Positions 50,501-63,450 of a DNA stretch of 64,000 nt are shown in pieces. How positions within the stretch are numbered: the first letter of the stretch is position 1; every line of letters starts with the position of its first letter. The stretch is from NCBI GenBank assembly GCA_964057225.1, contig OZ059897.1, forward strand, positions 3,410,001-3,474,000, given 5' to 3'. Below the pieces are notes generated by a model. It did no database searches, had not been told where the DNA came from, and saw nothing but the letters and a program-made list of their open reading frames with translations. The translations under genes and the position numbers were made by a program. Source of the DNA: Auanema rhodensis. Its lineage: Eukaryota; Animalia; Nematoda.

Positions 50501-53500
50501 TTGTCAAAATGTTTTTGGAAGCAATGTTGAGTGTACATGGGAACTCAACATACACTAATGCATTATTTTTCAAACGATCATAACTAATTTTTGTAAATAG
50601 CGTTTCTCGATGTAGTATAGTGCATTCGATGCGGATTTTTAAGCTGCGTTGATCTGTGTTATCAGATTTGAGTTAACTTAAAAATGCACCGAGATATCAA
50701 CTGATATAGGTTCACACGTATATCCTCGATTTTCACCCTGAAGAAATGATTTTTTCGTTGAAAAACATTGTCCATCGTCTTCGTCATGAAAAAAGGAATC
50801 TAAAAACATCTACTTTTTGTGAAATTATTCAGAAAAGTTTCGGGAAAATTTTTGTCAAAATGTTTTTGGAAGCAATGTTGAGTGTACATGGGAACTCAAC
50901 ATACACTAATGAATTATTTTTCAAACGATCATAACTTATTTTTGTTTAGAGCGTTTCTCAATGTAGTATAGTGCATTCGATGCGGATTTTTAAGCTGCGT
51001 TGATCTGTGTTATCCGATTTGAGCTAGCTTGAAAATGTACCGAGATATCAACTGATATATGTTCACACTTATATCTTCGATTTTCACCCTGAAGAATTTA
51101 TTTTTTCGTTGAATAACATTGTCCATCGCCTTCGCCTTGAAAGAAGGAATCTAAAAACATCTACTTTTTGTGAAATTATTTAGAAATTTTTCGGGAAAAT
51201 TTTTGTCAAAATGTTTTTGGAAGCAATGTTGAGTGTACATGGGAACTCAGCATACACTAATGCATTATTTTTCAAACGATAATAACTAATTTTTGTATAG
51301 AGCGTTTCTCAATGTAGTATAGTGCATTCGATGCGAATTTTTAAGTTGCGTTGATCTGTGTTATCAGATTTGAGTTAGCTTAAAAATGCACCGAGATATC
51401 AACTGATATATGTTCACACTTATATCCTCGATTTTCACCCTGAAGAAATGATTTTTTCGTTGAAAAAACATTGTCCATCGTCTTTGCCTTGAAAAAAGGA
51501 ATCTAAAAACATCTACTTTTTGTGAATTTATTCAGAAATTTTTCGGGAAAATTTTTGTCAAAATGTTTTTGGAAGCAATGTTGAGTGTACATGGGAACTC
51601 AACATACACTAATGCATTATTTTTCAAACGATCATAACTTATTTTTGTATAGAGCTTTTCTCAATGTAGTATAGTGCATTCGATGCGGATTTTTAAGCTG
51701 CGTCGATCTGTGTTATCCGATTTGAGCTAGCTTAAAAATGCACCGAGATATCAACTGATATATGTTCACACTTATATCCTCGATTTTCACCCTGAAGAAA
51801 TGATTTTTTGGTTGAAAAACATTGTCCATCGTCTTCGTCTTGAAAAAAGGAATCTAAAAACATCTACTTTTTGTGAAATTATTTAGAAATTTTTCAGGAA
51901 AATTTTTGTCAAAATGTTTTTGGAAGCAATGTTGAGTGTACATGGGAACTCAACATACACTAATGCATTATTTTTCAAACGATCATAACTAATTTTTGTA
52001 AATAGCGTTTCTCGATGTAGTATAGTGCATTCGATGCGGATTTTTAAGTGGCGTTGATCTTTGTTATCAGATTTGAGTTAGCTTAAAAATGCACCGAGAT
52101 ATCAACTGATATATGTTCACACTTATATCCTCGATTTTCACCCTGAAGAAATGATTTTTTCGTTGAATAACATTGTCCATCATCTTCGTCTTGAAAAAAG
52201 GAATCTAAAAACATCTACTTTTTGTGAAATTATTTAGAAATTTTTCGGGAAAATTTTTGTCAAAATGTTTTTGGAAGCAATGTTGAGTGTACATGGGAAC
52301 TCAACATACACTAATGCATTATTTTTCAAACGATCATAACTAATTTTTGTAAATAGCGTTTCTCGATGTAGTATAGTGCATTCGATGCGGATTTTTAAGC
52401 TGCGTTGATCTGTGTTATCAGATTTGAGTTAACTTAAAAATGCACCGAGATATCAACTGATATAGGTTCACACGTATATCCTCGATTTTCACCCTGAAGA
52501 AATGATTTTTTCGTTGAAAAACATTGTCCATCGTCTTCGTCATGAAAAAAGGAATCTAAAAACATCTACTTTTTGTGAAATTATTCAGAAAAGTTTCGGG
52601 AAAATTTTTGTCAAAATGTTTTTGGAAGCAATGTTGAGTGTACATGGGAACTCAACATACACTAATGAATTATTTTTCAAACGATCATAACTTATTTTTG
52701 TTTAGAGCGTTTCTCAATGTAGTATAGTGCATTCGATGCGGATTTTTAAGCTGCGTTGATCTGTGTTATCCGATTTGAGCTAGCTTGAAAATGTACCGAG
52801 ATATCAACTGATATATGTTCACACTTATATCTTCGATTTTCACCCTGAAGAAGTTATTTTTTCGTTGAATAACATTGTCCATCGTCTTCGCCTTGAAAAA
52901 AGGAATCTAAAAACATCTACTTTTTGTGAAATTATTCAGAAAATTTTCGGGAAAATTTTTGTCAAAATGTTTTTGGAAGCAATGTTGAGTGTACATGGGA
53001 ACTCAACATACACTAATGCATTATTTTTCAAACGATCATAACTTATTTTTGTATAGAGCGTTTCTCAATGTAGTAAAGTGCATTCGATGCGGATTTTTAA
53101 GCTGCGTTGATCTGTGTTATCCGATTTGAGCTAGCTTGAAAATGTACCGAGATATCAACTGATATATGTTCACACTTATATCCTCGATTTTCACCCTGAA
53201 GAATTTATTTTTTCGTTGAATAACATTGTCCATCGTCTTCTCCTTGAAAGAAGAAATCTAAAAACATCTACTTTTTGTGAAATTATTTAGAAATTTTTCG
53301 GGAAAATTTTTGTCAAAATGTTTTTGGAAGCAATGTTGAGTGTACATGGGAACTCAGCATACACTAATGCATTATTTTTCAAACGATAATAACTAATTTT
53401 TGTATAGAGCGTTTCTTAATGTAGTAAAGTGCATTCGATGCGGATTTTTAAGAGATATCAACTGATATATGTTCACACTTATATCCTCGATTTTCACCCT

Positions 53501-56470
53501 GAAGAAATGATTTTTTCGTTGAAAAAACATTGTCCATCGTCTTTGCCTTGAAAAAAGGAATCTAAAAACATCTACTTTTTGTGAAATTATTCAGAAATTT
53601 TTCGGGAAAATTTTTGTCAAAATGTTTTTGGAAGCAATGTTGAGTGTACATGGGAACTCAGCATACACTAATGCATTATTTTTCAAACGATAATAACTAA
53701 TTTTTGTATAGAGCGTTTCTTAATGTAGTAAAGTGCATTCGATGCGGATTTTTAAGAGATATCAACTGATATATGTTCACACTTATATCCTCGATTTTCA
53801 CCCTGAAGAAATGATTTTTTCGTTGAAAAAACATTGTCCATCGTCTTTGCCTTGAAAAAAGGAATCTAAAAACATCTACTTTTTGTGAAATTATTCAGAA
53901 ATTTTTCGGGAAAATTTTTGTCAAAATGTTTTTGGAAGCAATGTTGAGTGTACATGGGAACTCAACATACACTAATGCATTATTTTTCAAACGATCATAA
54001 CTTATTTTTGTATAGAGCGTTTCTCAATGTAGTAAAGTGCATTCGATGCGGATTTTTAAGCTGCGTCGATCTGTGTTATCCGATTTGAGCTAGCTTGAAA
54101 ATGTACCGAGATATCAACTGATATATGTTCACACTTATATCCTCGATTTTCACCCTGAAGAATTTATTTTTTCGTTGAATAACATTGTCCATCGTCTTCT
54201 CCTTGAAAGAAGGAATCTAAAAACATCTACTTTTTGTGAAATTATTTAGAAATTTTTCGGGAAAATTTTTGTCAAAATGTTTTTGGAAGCAATGTTGAGT
54301 GTACATGGGAACTCAGCATACACTAATGCATTATTTTTCAAACGATAATAACTAATTTTTGTATAGAGCGTTTCTTAATGTAGTAAAGTGCATTCGATGC
54401 GGATTTTTAAGTTGCGTTGATCTTTGTTATCAGATTTGAGTTAGCTTAAAAATGCACCGAGATATCAACTGATATATGTTCACACTTATATCCTCGATTT
54501 TCACCCTGAAGAAATAATTTTTTCGTTGAATAACATTGTCCATCATCTTCGTCTTGAAAAAAGGAATCTAAAAACATCTACTTTTTGTGAAATTATTTAG
54601 AAATTTTTCGGGAAAATTTTTGTCAAAATGTTTTTGGAAGCAATGTTGAGTGTACATGGGAACTCAACATACACTAATGCATTATTTTTCAAACGATCAT
54701 AACTAATTTTTGTAAATAGCGTTTCTCGATGTAGTAAAGTGCATTCGATGCGGATTTTTAAGTGGCGTTGATCTTTGTTATCAGATTTGAGTTAGCTTAA
54801 AAATGCACCGAGATATCAACTGATATATGTTCACACTTATATCCTCGATTTTCACCCTGAAGAAATGATTTTTTCGTTGAATAACATTGTCCATCATCTT
54901 CGTCTTGAAAAAAGGAATCTAAAAACATCTACTTTTTGTGAAATTATTTAGAAATTTTTCGGGAAAATTTTTGTCAAAATGTTTTTGGAAGCAATGTTGA
55001 GTGTACATGGGAACTCAACATACACTAATGCATTATTTTTCAAACGATCATAACTAATTTTTGTAAATAGCGTTTCTCGATGTAGTATAGTGCATTCGAT
55101 GCGGATTTTTAAGCTGCGTTGATCTGTGTTATCAGATTTGAGTTAACTTAAAAATGCACCGAGATATCAACTGATATAGGTTCACACGTATATCCTCGAT
55201 TTTCACCCTGAAGAAATGATTTTTTCGTTGAAAAACATTGTCCATCGTCTTCGTCATGAAAAAAGGAATCTAAAAACATCTACTTTTTGTGAAATTATTC
55301 AGAAAAGTTTCGGGAAAATTTTTGTCAAAATGTTTTTGGAAGCAATGTTGAGTGTACATGGGAACTCAACATACACTAATGAATTATTTTTCAAACGATC
55401 ATAACTTATTTTTGTTTAGAGCGTTTTTCAATGTAGTATAGTGCATTCGATGCGGATTTTTAAGCTGCGTTGATCTGTGTTATCCGATTTGAGCTAGCTT
55501 GAAAATGTACCGAGATATCAACTGATATATGTTCACACTTATATCTTCGATTTTCACCCTGAAGAATTTATTTTTTCGTTGAATAACATTGTCCATCGTC
55601 TTCGCCTTGAAAGAAGGAATCTAAAAACATCTACTTTTTGTGAAATTATTTAGAAATTTTTCGGGAAAATTTTTGTCAAAATGTTTTTGGAAGCAATGTT
55701 GAGTGTACATGGGAACTCAGCATACACTAATGCATTATTTTTCAAACGATAATAACTAATTTTTGTATAGAGCGTTTCTCAATGTAGTATAGTGCATTCG
55801 ATGCGAATTTTTAAGTTGCGTTGATCTGTGTTATCAGATTTGAGTTAGCTTAAAAATGCACCGAGATATCAACTGATATATGTTCACACTTATATCCTCG
55901 ATTTTCACCCTGAAGAAATGATTTTTTCGTTGAAAAAACATTGTCCATCGTCTTTGCCTTGAAAAAAGGAATCTAAAAACATCTACTTTTTGTGAATTTA
56001 TTCAGAAATTTTTCGGGAAAATTTTTGTCAAAATGTTTTTGGAAGCAATGTTGAGTGTACATGGGAACTCAACATACACTAATGCATTATTTTTCAAACG
56101 ATCATAACTTATTTTTGTATAGAGCTTTTCTCAATGTAGTATAGTGCATTCGATGCGGATTTTTAAGCTGCGTCGATCTGTGTTATCCGATTTGAGCTAG
56201 CTTAAAAATGCACCGAGATATCAACTGATATATGTTCACACTTATATCCTCGATTTTCACCCTGAAGAAATGATTTTTTGGTTGAAAAACATTGTCCATC
56301 GTCTTCGTCTTGAAAAAAGGAATCTAAAAACATCTACTTTTTGTGAAATTATTTAGAAATTTTTCAGGAAAATTTTTGTCAAAATGTTTTTGGAAGCAAT
56401 GTTGAGTGTACATGGGAACTCAACATACACTAATGCATTATTTTTCAAACGATCATAACTAATTTTTGTA
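47530..56470 (+). repeat. Tandem 13-monomer higher-order duplication, unit 4470 bp
   Basis: ORF pairs 48032/52502 and 50746/55216, deletion junctions 48982/53452 and 49286/53756, and the AAGTTATTTT variant at 48381/52851 (13x351-96+3). Confidence 0.92.
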
Positions 56471-59400
56471 TAAAGCGTTTCTTAATGTAGTATAGTGCAT
56501 TCGATGCGGATTTTTAAGCTGCGTCGATCTGTGTTATCAGATTTGAGTTAGCTTAAAAATGCACCGAGATATCAACTGATATATGTTCACACTTATATCC
56601 TCGATTTTCACCCTGAAGAAATGATTTTTTCGTTGAAAAAACATTGTCCATCGTCTTTGCCTTAAAAAAAGGAATCTAAAAACATCTACTTTTTGTGAAA
56701 TTATTTAGAAATTTTTCGGGAAAATTTTTGTCAAAATGTTTTTGGAAGCAATGTTGAGTGTACATGGGAACTCAACATACACTAATGCATTATTTTTCAA
56801 ACGATCATAACTTATTTTTGTATAGAGCGTTTCTCAATGTAGTATAGTGCATTCGATGCGGATTTTTAAGCTGCGTCGATCTGTGTTATCCGATTTGAGC
56901 TAGCTTGAAAATGTACCGAGATATCAACTGATATATGTTCACACTTATATCCTCGATTTTCACCCTGAAGAATTTATTTTTTCGTTGAATAACATTGTCC
57001 ATCGTCTTCTCCTTGAAAGAAGGAATCTAAAAACATCTACTTTTTGTGAAATTATTTAGAAATTTTTCGGGAAAATTTTTGTCAAAATGTTTTTGGAAGC
57101 AATGTTGAGTGTACATGGGAACTCAGCATACACTAATGCATTATTTTTCAAACGATAATAACTAATTTTTGTATAGAGCGTTTCTTAATGTAGTAAAGTG
57201 CATTCGATGCGGATTTTTAAGAGATATCAACTGATATATGTTCACACTTATATCCTCGATTTTCACCCTGAAGAATTTATTTTTTCGTTGAATAACATTG
57301 TCCATCGTCTTCTTCTTGAAAGAAGGAATCTAAAAACATCTACTTTTTGTGAAATTATTTAGAAATTTTTCGGGAAAATTTTTGTCAAAATGTTTTTGGA
57401 AGCAATGTTGAGTGTACATGGGAACTCAGCATACACTAATGCATTATTTTTCAAACGATAATAACTAATTTTTGTATAGAGCGTTTCTTAATGTAGTAAA
57501 GTGCATTCGATGCGGATTTTTAAGTTGCGTTGATCTTTGTTATCAGATTTGAGTTAGCTTAAAAATGCACCGAGATATCAACTGATATATGTTCACACTT
57601 ATATCCTCGATTTTCACCCTGAAGAAATAATTTTTTCGTTGAATAACATTGTCCATCATCTTCGTCTTGAAAAAAGGAATCTAAAAACATCTACTTTTTG
57701 TGAAATTATTTAGAAATTTTTCGGGAAATTTTTTGTCAAAATGTTTTTGGAAGCAATGTTGAGTGTACATGGGAACTCAACATACACTAATGCATTATTT
57801 TTCAAACGATCATAACTAATTTTTGTAAATAGCGTTTCTCGATGTAGTATAGTGCATTCGATGCGGATTTTTAAGCTGCGTTGATCTGTGTTATCAGATT
57901 TGAGTTAACTTAAAAATGCACCGAGATATCAACTGATATATGTTCACACTTATATCCTCGATTTTCACCCTGAAGAAATGATTTTTTCGTTGAAAAAACA
58001 TTGTCCATCGTCTTTGCCTTGAAAAAAGGAATCTAAAAACATCTACTTTTTGTGAAATTATTTAGAAATTTTTCGGGAAAATTTTTGTCAAAATGTTTTT
58101 GGAAGCAATGTTGAGTGTACATGGGAACTCAGCATACACTAATGCATTATTTTTCAAACGATAATAACTAATTTTTGTATAGAGCGTTTCTTAATGTAGT
58201 AAAGTGCATTCGATGCGGATTTTTAAGAGATATCAACTGATATATGTTCACACTTATATCCTCGATTTTCACCCTGAAGAAATGATTTTTTCGTTGAAAA
58301 AACATTGTCCATCGTCTTTGCCTTGAAAAAAGGAATCTAAAAACATCTACTTTTTGTGAAATTATTCAGAAATTTTTCGGGAAAATTTTTGTCAAAATGT
58401 TTTTGGAAGCAATGTTGAGTGTACATGGGAACTCAACATACACTAATGCATTATTTTTCAAACGATCATAACTTATTTTTGTATAGAGCGTTTCTCAATG
58501 TAGTAAAGTGCATTCGATGCGGATTTTTAAGCTGCGTCGATCTGTGTTATCCGATTTGAGCTAGCTTGAAAATGTACCGAGATATCAACTGATATATGTT
58601 CACACTTATATCCTCGATTTTCACCCTGAAGAATTTATTTTTCCGTTGAATAACATTGTCCATCGTCTTCTCCTTGAAAGAAGGAATCTAAAAACATCTA
58701 CTTTTTGTGAAATTATTTAGAAATTTTTCGGGAAAATTTTTGTCAAAATGTTTTTGGAAGCAATGTTGAGTGTACATGGGAACTCAGCATACACTAATGC
58801 ATTATTTTTCAAACGATAATAACTAATTTTTGTATAGAGCGTTTCTTAATGTAGTAAAGTGCATTCGATGCGGATTTTTAAGTTGCGTTGATCTTTGTTA
58901 TCAGATTTGAGTTAGCTTAAAAATGCACCGAGATATCAACTGATATATGTTCACACTTATATCCTCGATTTTCACCCTGAAGAAATAATTTTTTCGTTGA
59001 ATAACATTGTCCATCATCTTCGTCTTGAAAAAAGGAATCTAAAAACATCTACTTTTTGTGAAATTATTTAGAAATTTTTCGGGAAAATTTTTGTCAAAAT
59101 GTTTTTGGAAGCAATGTTGAGTGTACATGGGAACTCAACATACACTAATGCATTATTTTTCAAACGATCATAACTAATTTTTGTAAATAGCGTTTCTCGA
59201 TGTAGTATAGTGCATTCGATGCGGATTTTTAAGCTGCGTTGATCTGTGTTATCAGATTTGAGTTAACTTAAAAATGCACCGAGATATCAACTGATATATG
59301 TTCACACTTATATCCTCGATTTTCACCCTGAAGAAATGATTTTTTCGTTGAAAAAACATTGTCCATCGTCTTTGCCTTGAAAAAAGGAATCTAAAAACAT

Positions 59401-59899
59401 CTACGTTTTGTGAAATTATTCAGAAATTTTTCGGGAAAATTTTTGTCAAAATGTTTTTGGAAGCAATGTTGAGTGTACATGGGAACTCAACATACACTAA
59501 TGCATTATTTTTCAAACGATCATAACTTATTTTTGTATAGAGCGTTTCTCAATGTAGTAAAGTGCATTCGATGCGGATTTTTAAGCTGCGTCGATCTGTG
59601 TTATCCGATTTGAGCTAGCTTGAAAATGTACCGAGATATCAACTGATATATGTTCACACTTATATCCTCGATTTTCACCCTGAAGAATTTATTTTTTCGT
59701 TGAATAACATTGTCCATCGTCTTCTCCTTGAAAGAAGGAATCAAAAACATCTACTTTTTGTGAAATTATTTAGAAATTTTTCGGGAAAATTTTTGTCAAA
59801 ATGTTTTTGGAAGCAATGTTGAGTGTACATGGGAACTCAGCATACACTAATGCATTATTTTTCAAACGATAATAACTAATTTTTGTATAGAGCGTTTCT

Positions 59900-62800
59900 T
59901 AATGTAGTATAGTGCATTCGATGCGGATTTTTAAGTTGCGTTGATCTTTGTTTTCAGATTTGAGTTAGCTTAAAAATGCACCGAGATATCAACTGATATA
60001 TGTTCACACTTATATCCTCGATTTTCACCCTGAAGAAATGATTTTTTCGTTGAATAACATTGTCCATCATCTTCGTCTTGAAAAAAGGAATCTAAAAACA
60101 TCTACTTTTTGTGAAATTATTTAGAAATTTTTCGGGAAAATTTTTGTCAAAATGTTTTTGGAAGCAATGTTGAGTGTACATGGGAACTCAACATACACTA
60201 ATGCATTATTTTTCAAACGATCATAACTAATTTTTGTAAATAGCGTTTCTCGATGTAGTATAGTGCATTCGATGCGGATTTTTAAGCTGCGTTGATCTGT
60301 GTTATCAGATTTGAGTTAACTTAAAAATGCACCGAGATATCAACTGATATAGGTTCACACGTATATCCTCGATTTTCACCCTGAAGAAATGATTTTTTCG
60401 TTGAAAAACATTGTCCATCGTCTTCGTCATGAAAAAAGGAATCTAAAAACATCTACTTTTTGTGAAATTATTCAGAAAATTTTCGGGAAAATTTTTGTCA
60501 AAATGTTTTTGGAAGCAATGTTGAGTGTACATGGGAACTCAACATACATTAATGCATTATTTTTCAAACGATCATAACTTATTTTTGTATAGAGCGTTTC
60601 TCAATGTAGTATAGTGCATTCGATGCGGATTTTTAAGCTGCGTCGATCTGTGTTATCCGATTTGAGCTAGCTTGAAAATGTACCGAGATATCAACTGATA
60701 TATGTTCACACTTATATCCTCGATTTTCACCCTGAAGAATTTATTTTTTCGTTGAATAACATTGTCCATCGTCTTCGCCTTGAAAGAAGGAATCTAAAAA
60801 CATCTACTTTTTGTGAAATTATTTAGAAATTTTTCGGGAAAATTTTTGTCAAAATGTTTTTGGAAGCAATGTTGAGTGTACATGGGAACTCAGCATACAC
60901 TAATGCATTATTTTTCAAACGATAATAACTAATTTTTGTATAGAGCGTTTCTCATAGTAGTATAGTGCATTCGATGCGGATTTTTAAGTTGCGTTGATCT
61001 GTGTTATCAGATTTGAGTTAGCTTAAAAATGCACCGAGATATCAACTGATATATGTTCACACTTATATCCTCGATTTTCACCCTGAAGAAATGATTTTTT
61101 CGTTGAATAACATTGTCCATCATCTTCGTCTTGAAAAAAGGAATCTAAAAACATCTACTTTTTGTGAAATTATTTAGAAATTTTTCGGGAAAATTTTTGT
61201 CAAAATGTTTTTGGAAGCAATGTTGAGTGTACATGGGAACTCAACATACACTAATGCATTATTTTTCAAACGATCATAACTAATTTTTGTAAATAGCGTT
61301 TCTCGATGTAGTATGGTGCATTCGATGCGGATTTTTAAGCTGCGTTGATCTGTGTTATCAGATTTGAGTTAACTTAAAAATGCACCGAGATATCAACTGA
61401 TATAGGTTCACACTTATATCCTCGATTTTCACCCTGAAGAAATGATTTTTTCGTTGAAAAACATTGTCCATCGTCTTCGTCATGAAAAAAGGAATCTAAA
61501 AACATCTACTTTTTGTGAAATTATTCAGAAATTTTTCGGGAAAATTTTTGTCAAAATGTTTTTGGAAGCAATGTTGAGTGTACATGGGAACTCAACATAC
61601 ACTACTGCATCATTTTTCAAACGATCATAACTAATTTTTGTATAGAGCTTTTCTCAATGTAGTATAGTGCATTCGATGCGGATTTTTAAGCTGCGTTGAT
61701 CTGTGTTATCAGATTTGAGTTAACTTAAAAATGCACCGAGATATCAACTGATATAGGTTCACACTTATATCCTCGATTTTCACCCTGAAGAAATGATTTT
61801 TTCGTTGAAAAACATTGTCCATCGTATTCGTCTTGAAAAAAGGAATCTAAAAACATCTACTTTTTGTGAAATTATTTAGAAATTTTTCGGGAAAATTTTT
61901 GTCAAAATGTTTTTGGAAGCAATGTTTGAATGTACATGGGAACTCAACATTCACTAATGCATTATTTTTCAAACGATCATAACTAATTTTTGTATGGAGC
62001 GTTTCTCAATGTAGTATAGTGCATTCGATGCGGATTTTTAAGCTGCGTTGATCTGTGTTATCAGATTTGAGTTAACTTAAAAATGCACCGAGATATCAAC
62101 TGATATAGGTTCACACTTATATCCTCGATTTTCACCCTGAAGAAATGATTTTTTCGTTGAAAAACATTGTCCATCGTCTTCTCCTTGAAAGAAGGAATCT
62201 AAAAACATCTACTTTTTGTGAAATTATTTAGAAATTTTTCGGGAAAATTTTTGTCAAAATGTTTTTGGAAGCAATGTTGAGTGTACATGGGAACTCAGCA
62301 TACACTAATGCATTATTTTTCAAACGATAATAACTAATTTTTGTATAGAGCGTTTCTTAATGTAGTAAAGTGCATTCGATGCGGATTTTTAAGTTGCGTT
62401 GATCTTTGTTATCAGATTTGAGTTAGCTTAAAAATGCACCGAGATATCAACTGATATATGTTCACACTTATATCCTCGATTTTCACCCTGAAGAAATGAT
62501 TTTTTCGTTGAATAACATTGTCCATCATCTTCGTCTTGAAAAAAGGAATCTAAAAACATCTACTTTTTGTGAAATTATTTAGAAATTTTTCGGGAAAATT
62601 TTTGTCAAAATGTTTTTGGAAGCAATGTTGAGTGTACATGGGAACTCAACATACACTAATGCATTATTTTTCAAACGATCATAACTAATTTTTGTAAATA
62701 GCGTTTCTCGATGTAGTATAGTGCATTCGATGCGGATTTTTAAGCTGCGTTGATCTGTGTTATCAGATTTGAGTTAACTTAAAAATGCACCGAGATATCA

Positions 62801-63450
62801 ACTGATATAGGTTCACACGTATATCCTCGATTTTCACCCTGAAGAAATGATTTTTTCGTTGAAAAACATTGTCCATCGTCTTCGTCATGAAAAAAGGAAT
62901 TTAAAAACATCTACTTTTTGTGAAATTATTGAGAAAATTTTCGGGAAAATTTTTGTCAAAATGTTTTTGGAAGCAATGTTGAGTGTACATGGGAACTCAA
63001 CATACATTAATGCATTATTTTTCAAACGATCATAACTTATTTTTGTATAGAGCGTTTCTCAATGTAGTATAGTGCATTCGATGCGGATTTTTAAGCTGCG
63101 TCGATCTGTGTTATCCGATTTGAGCTAGCTTGAAAATGTACCGAGATATCAACTGATATATGTTCACACTTATATCCTCGATTTTCACCCTGAAGAATAT
63201 ATTTTTTCGTTGAATAACATTGTCCATCGTCTTCGCCTTGAAAGAAGGAATCTAAAAACATCTACTTTTTGTGAAATTATTTAGAAATTTTTCGGGAAAA
63301 TTTTTGTCAAAATGTTTTTGGAAGCAATGTTGAGTGTACATGGGAACTCAGCATACACTAATGCATTATTTTTCAAACGATAATAACTAATTTTTGTATA
63401 GAGCGTTTCTCATAGTAGTATAGTGCATTCGATGCGGATTTTTAAGTTGC
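59900..63450 (+). repeat. Block duplicated at lag 2458 bp (7 monomers), partial and more diverged
   Basis: The ORF pair 60389/62847 and the private variants CATACATTAATG (about 60549/63007) and CTCATAGTAG (60951/63409). Confidence 0.8.

Noticed and set aside
2791-63035. Repeated 62-aa ORF (MIFSLKNIVHRLRHEKRN...) as a multicopy gene family
   Set aside because: It is open in only about 21 of about 185 monomers. The rest have a TAG stop (ATTTAG instead of ATTCAG), a TAA (GAATAAC), a +1 frameshift or no ATG. It has no recognisable domain, and its F/K/I/N-rich composition simply reflects A/T tracts.
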